The notes under the pieces were generated by a model, which saw nothing but the letters and a program-made list of their open reading frames with translations, made no database searches and was not told where the DNA came from. A program made the translations under genes and the position numbers. From Gammaproteobacteria bacterium (lineage in GTDB: Bacteria > Pseudomonadota > Gammaproteobacteria > GCA-001735895): a stretch of 40,168 nucleotides of DNA. Shown piece after piece: positions 37,821 to 40,168 of this stretch (the stretch's first letter is position 1; each line of letters starts with the position of its first letter). The stretch is from assembly GCA_050298595.1 (NCBI GenBank), contig JBNKUM010000117.1:1-40168 (forward strand), read 5' to 3'.

Positions 37821-37961
37821 ACGCCTCAGGGATCATAAACACTCTCTGGAACTTAGTCTGTAGATTGTGCTTGGTGATTTCAAATTCTATTCTATGATAA
37901 ATGATCAAATCATCTGGCAATTACTAAATCGTAAGTGTCGGTCACCTGCAAGGAATAAACT

Positions 37962-38822
37962 GTGATTAATGCTTTATTAGAGAAGAGCCTTTTAGTTTTT
38001 TTATTACTATTAGCGTTTTACGGCGATGCTTTTGCGAGTGCTACACAGCAGAGAATAGATCGGGATATCGCCCAGGATAAACCCATAGTCATCCATGTGT
38101 CTGTAGCCTTAGCTGATAATAAGCATCAGTGGATAGCATCGGTTCCTGATGCTATCGGTAACGGTCAGGATCCACGTAACAATCTGTACTGGGGAGCTCG
38201 GTATGGATTGAAAACTTTTTTTGTAAAGGATGCTGGCTGGAAAATAATAGAAAAAATTCCCGTTCAGGACATAAAGGTATTAGAAAGATTGGTGTTTTAT
38301 AAACTGATAAAGCGACATGGGCGACCTGTAAAAACTTACCTGATAGCTGATGCCTGGGATGGGCGTTATATCTCCGAAGCCATTCAACAGTTTTTAAGTT
38401 ATAGCGCCGGGGCGGATGTAATAACCATAGATGTCCAGGGCCAGCTTAATCTGCAAGCAGGTGGCGCAGCACATTTAAATGTCTATATCGGACACGATGC
38501 CTTGATGGATTATTTCGGCTTGAAAGACAAAACCATTCAGAATCCAGAAAAGGTTGTTGTAGCGTTACAAAGTGATAGCATTGTGCTGGCCTGTAAAAGC
38601 AAACCTTATTTTGAATCCCGTCTGAAAGCTATCGGTTCTCACCCTCTGGTGTTAACAACCGGGTTGATGGCTCCTGAAGCTTATACTCTGGATGCAGCTA
38701 TTATGCAGTGGGCTATGGGTAAAGATGATAATCAGATCCGTAAATCAGCAGCTGCAGCCTATGCGAAATATCAGAAAATTAATTTAACTGCAGCAAAGCG
38801 CTTGTTTGCTGTTGCTCCATAA
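37962..38822 (+). CDS. Secreted hypothetical protein
   Basis: Signal peptide ending AFA; AAGGA RBS before GTG; 286-aa intact ORF. Confidence 0.7.
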   Translation: MINALLEKSLLVFLLLLAFYGDAFASATQQRIDRDIAQDKPIVIHVSVALADNKHQWIASVPDAIGNGQDPRNNLYWGARYGLKTFFVKDAGWKIIEKIPVQDIKVLERLVFYKLIKRHGRPVKTYLIADAWDGRYISEAIQQFLSYSAGADVITIDVQGQLNLQAGGAAHLNVYIGHDALMDYFGLKDKTIQNPEKVVVALQSDSIVLACKSKPYFESRLKAIGSHPLVLTTGLMAPEAYTLDAAIMQWAMGKDDNQIRKSAAAAYAKYQKINLTAAKRLFAVAP

Positions 38823-38852
38823 TTGAATATTGCTTTATTAATTTTGAACTCC

Positions 38853-39372
38853 ATGAAACTCTTTTTAATCACACTGCTCATTTTTTCAGCCAATACCTAT
38901 TCCGCATAAAGCACTTGAGGCTGCACAACCCGATAAGGTTTTTAAATACGCTGAGACAGGTTTTAAAGAGTGTGGTAAGTTCTGGCCGCATAAAACACAT
39001 CAAAATGGTTTGTCGGTTGATTTTATGACGCCGGTAAAAAACGCGGATGGTGTATCAGTACTTTTACACACCTCACCATTAAACAAATTCGGCTATAACA
39101 TCGAGTTCAATAAAGCGGGTGTGTATGAAGACCTGAGTATTGATTACGAGGCGATGGCCGCGCATGTCGTGGCACTACATAAAGCTGCAAAATCTCAGGG
39201 CTATGATTTATGGCGGGTTATCTTTGATCCACAATTACAAGCGGGTCTTTTTTTTAGACACAGTATTCAGACTACTTGAAAGCACATATTCAATTCTCTA
39301 AAAAAAAGATACTGGATCAGGCATGATGAGCATTACCATGTATATTTTCTGATACCTTGTGAGAAGTTGTAG
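38853..39372 (+). pseudogene. MepA-like (penicillin-insensitive murein endopeptidase-type) peptidase, disrupted
   Basis: A signal peptide at 38853 ends in a stop. PHKTHQNGLSVDF follows, and WIRHDEHYHV lies in another frame after the poly-T at about 39250. Confidence 0.65.
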
Positions 39373-39488
39373 TAATCAAGCGTTTAAGTGGCGAAGGTCA
39401 TCCTGAGTTGAAAAAACAATTCGTTTCAGTATCTAATGACCTGATTTTAGGGTACTACACTTGAATTCGTAAATACACAGTGAATAAC

Positions 39489-40168
39489 ATGAAAATCCAG
39501 ATACTCAGTGACCTACACAATGAATTTCTCAGAAGTGGTATATCCCACCTGCAGCATAAGTGGTCTGGTTCGATTCCTCAAACAGATGCCGATCTGATTA
39601 TTCTAGCCGGTGATATCGACACTGGAACAAAGGGCGTCGAGTGGGCGATCTCTGAGTCGGATCGTTTAAAGAAAAGCATTGTGTATGTTCCTGGAAATCA
39701 TGAGTTTTACGGGCATGAGTATTTTAGTATGAGTGCTGATATTTCTAGCCTGTGTAAGGGTAGTGCTGTGCATTGCCTGAATCCAGGTGTGTATATTCAG
39801 GATGATCTACGTATTATTGGCGCGACTTTGTGGACGGATTATAAGGCTGATATTTCAGTGCCACAGGACCTGGCTATGTACTACGTAAAAAAAGCTCTGG
39901 CTGATCATCGGAAGATTACTTTTAAATCGAAAAATAATTTCAGGAAGTTTCTACCTGATGATGCATGGGCGTTACATATAAAAGAGTTGAGCTTTATCGA
40001 ACAGCAACTTGAAATTCCTTTTTCAGGAAAAACGGTTGTTGTGAGTCATCATGGGCCACATCCGATCTGTCAGCACCCATGCTATCCGGTAACTGAGATC
40101 AGTAGTGCCTTTCATTCAGATCTAAGTCGGGTGATTGAGCAATATGCTGTGGATGTCTGGGTCTATGG
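39489..40168 (+). CDS. Calcineurin-like metallophosphoesterase, 3'-partial
   Basis: MKIQILSDLH, LAGDI, VPGNHE, GATLWTD and VVSHHGP; runs off the window end. Confidence 0.9.
   Translation, partial: MKIQILSDLHNEFLRSGISHLQHKWSGSIPQTDADLIILAGDIDTGTKGVEWAISESDRLKKSIVYVPGNHEFYGHEYFSMSADISSLCKGSAVHCLNPGVYIQDDLRIIGATLWTDYKADISVPQDLAMYYVKKALADHRKITFKSKNNFRKFLPDDAWALHIKELSFIEQQLEIPFSGKTVVVSHHGPHPICQHPCYPVTEISSAFHSDLSRVIEQYAVDVWVY

Noticed and set aside
1-40168. tRNA, rRNA, prophage or integrase genes
   Set aside because: None recognised by eye; tRNAscan-SE and Rfam were not run.

Overview
This window looks like a gammaproteobacterial accessory region with four parts. (1) 1-12 kb: a duplicated surface-protein locus. 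It holds the 3' end of a giant Ca-binding repeat protein that continues, after an internal two-helix hydrophobic junction, into an OmpA barrel, TSP3 repeats, an OmpA-C domain and an AEAKAR tail. A divergent two-component system follows, then a nested ISL3/IS200 relic, then a second 1722-aa adhesin with the same junction but no OmpA module. (2) 12-22 kb: transport and housekeeping genes (two HupE/UreJ, ClC, MATE, DMT, thiolase, bactofilin-like), with a stand-alone GIY-YIG nuclease followed by a ~1.1-kb array of nested palindromic repeats. (3) 22-25.6 kb: TPR, WD40 and small lipoprotein genes. (4) 25.7-37.8 kb: a defence island. A Type I R-M system is split by a MazG-like/McrB/McrC cassette, hsdR and hsdM carry four in-frame palindromic mini-element insertions, and two Mrr-family nucleases, an HNH nuclease and an HTH/nucleotidyltransferase pair follow. 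The window ends with a secreted hypothetical protein, a MepA-like pseudogene and a partial metallophosphoesterase. The best candidates for new biology are the adhesin-OmpA polyprotein junction with its Pho-box-like promoter, and the GIY-YIG nuclease with the palindromic mini-elements. All calls come from motif recognition by eye; no searches were run.
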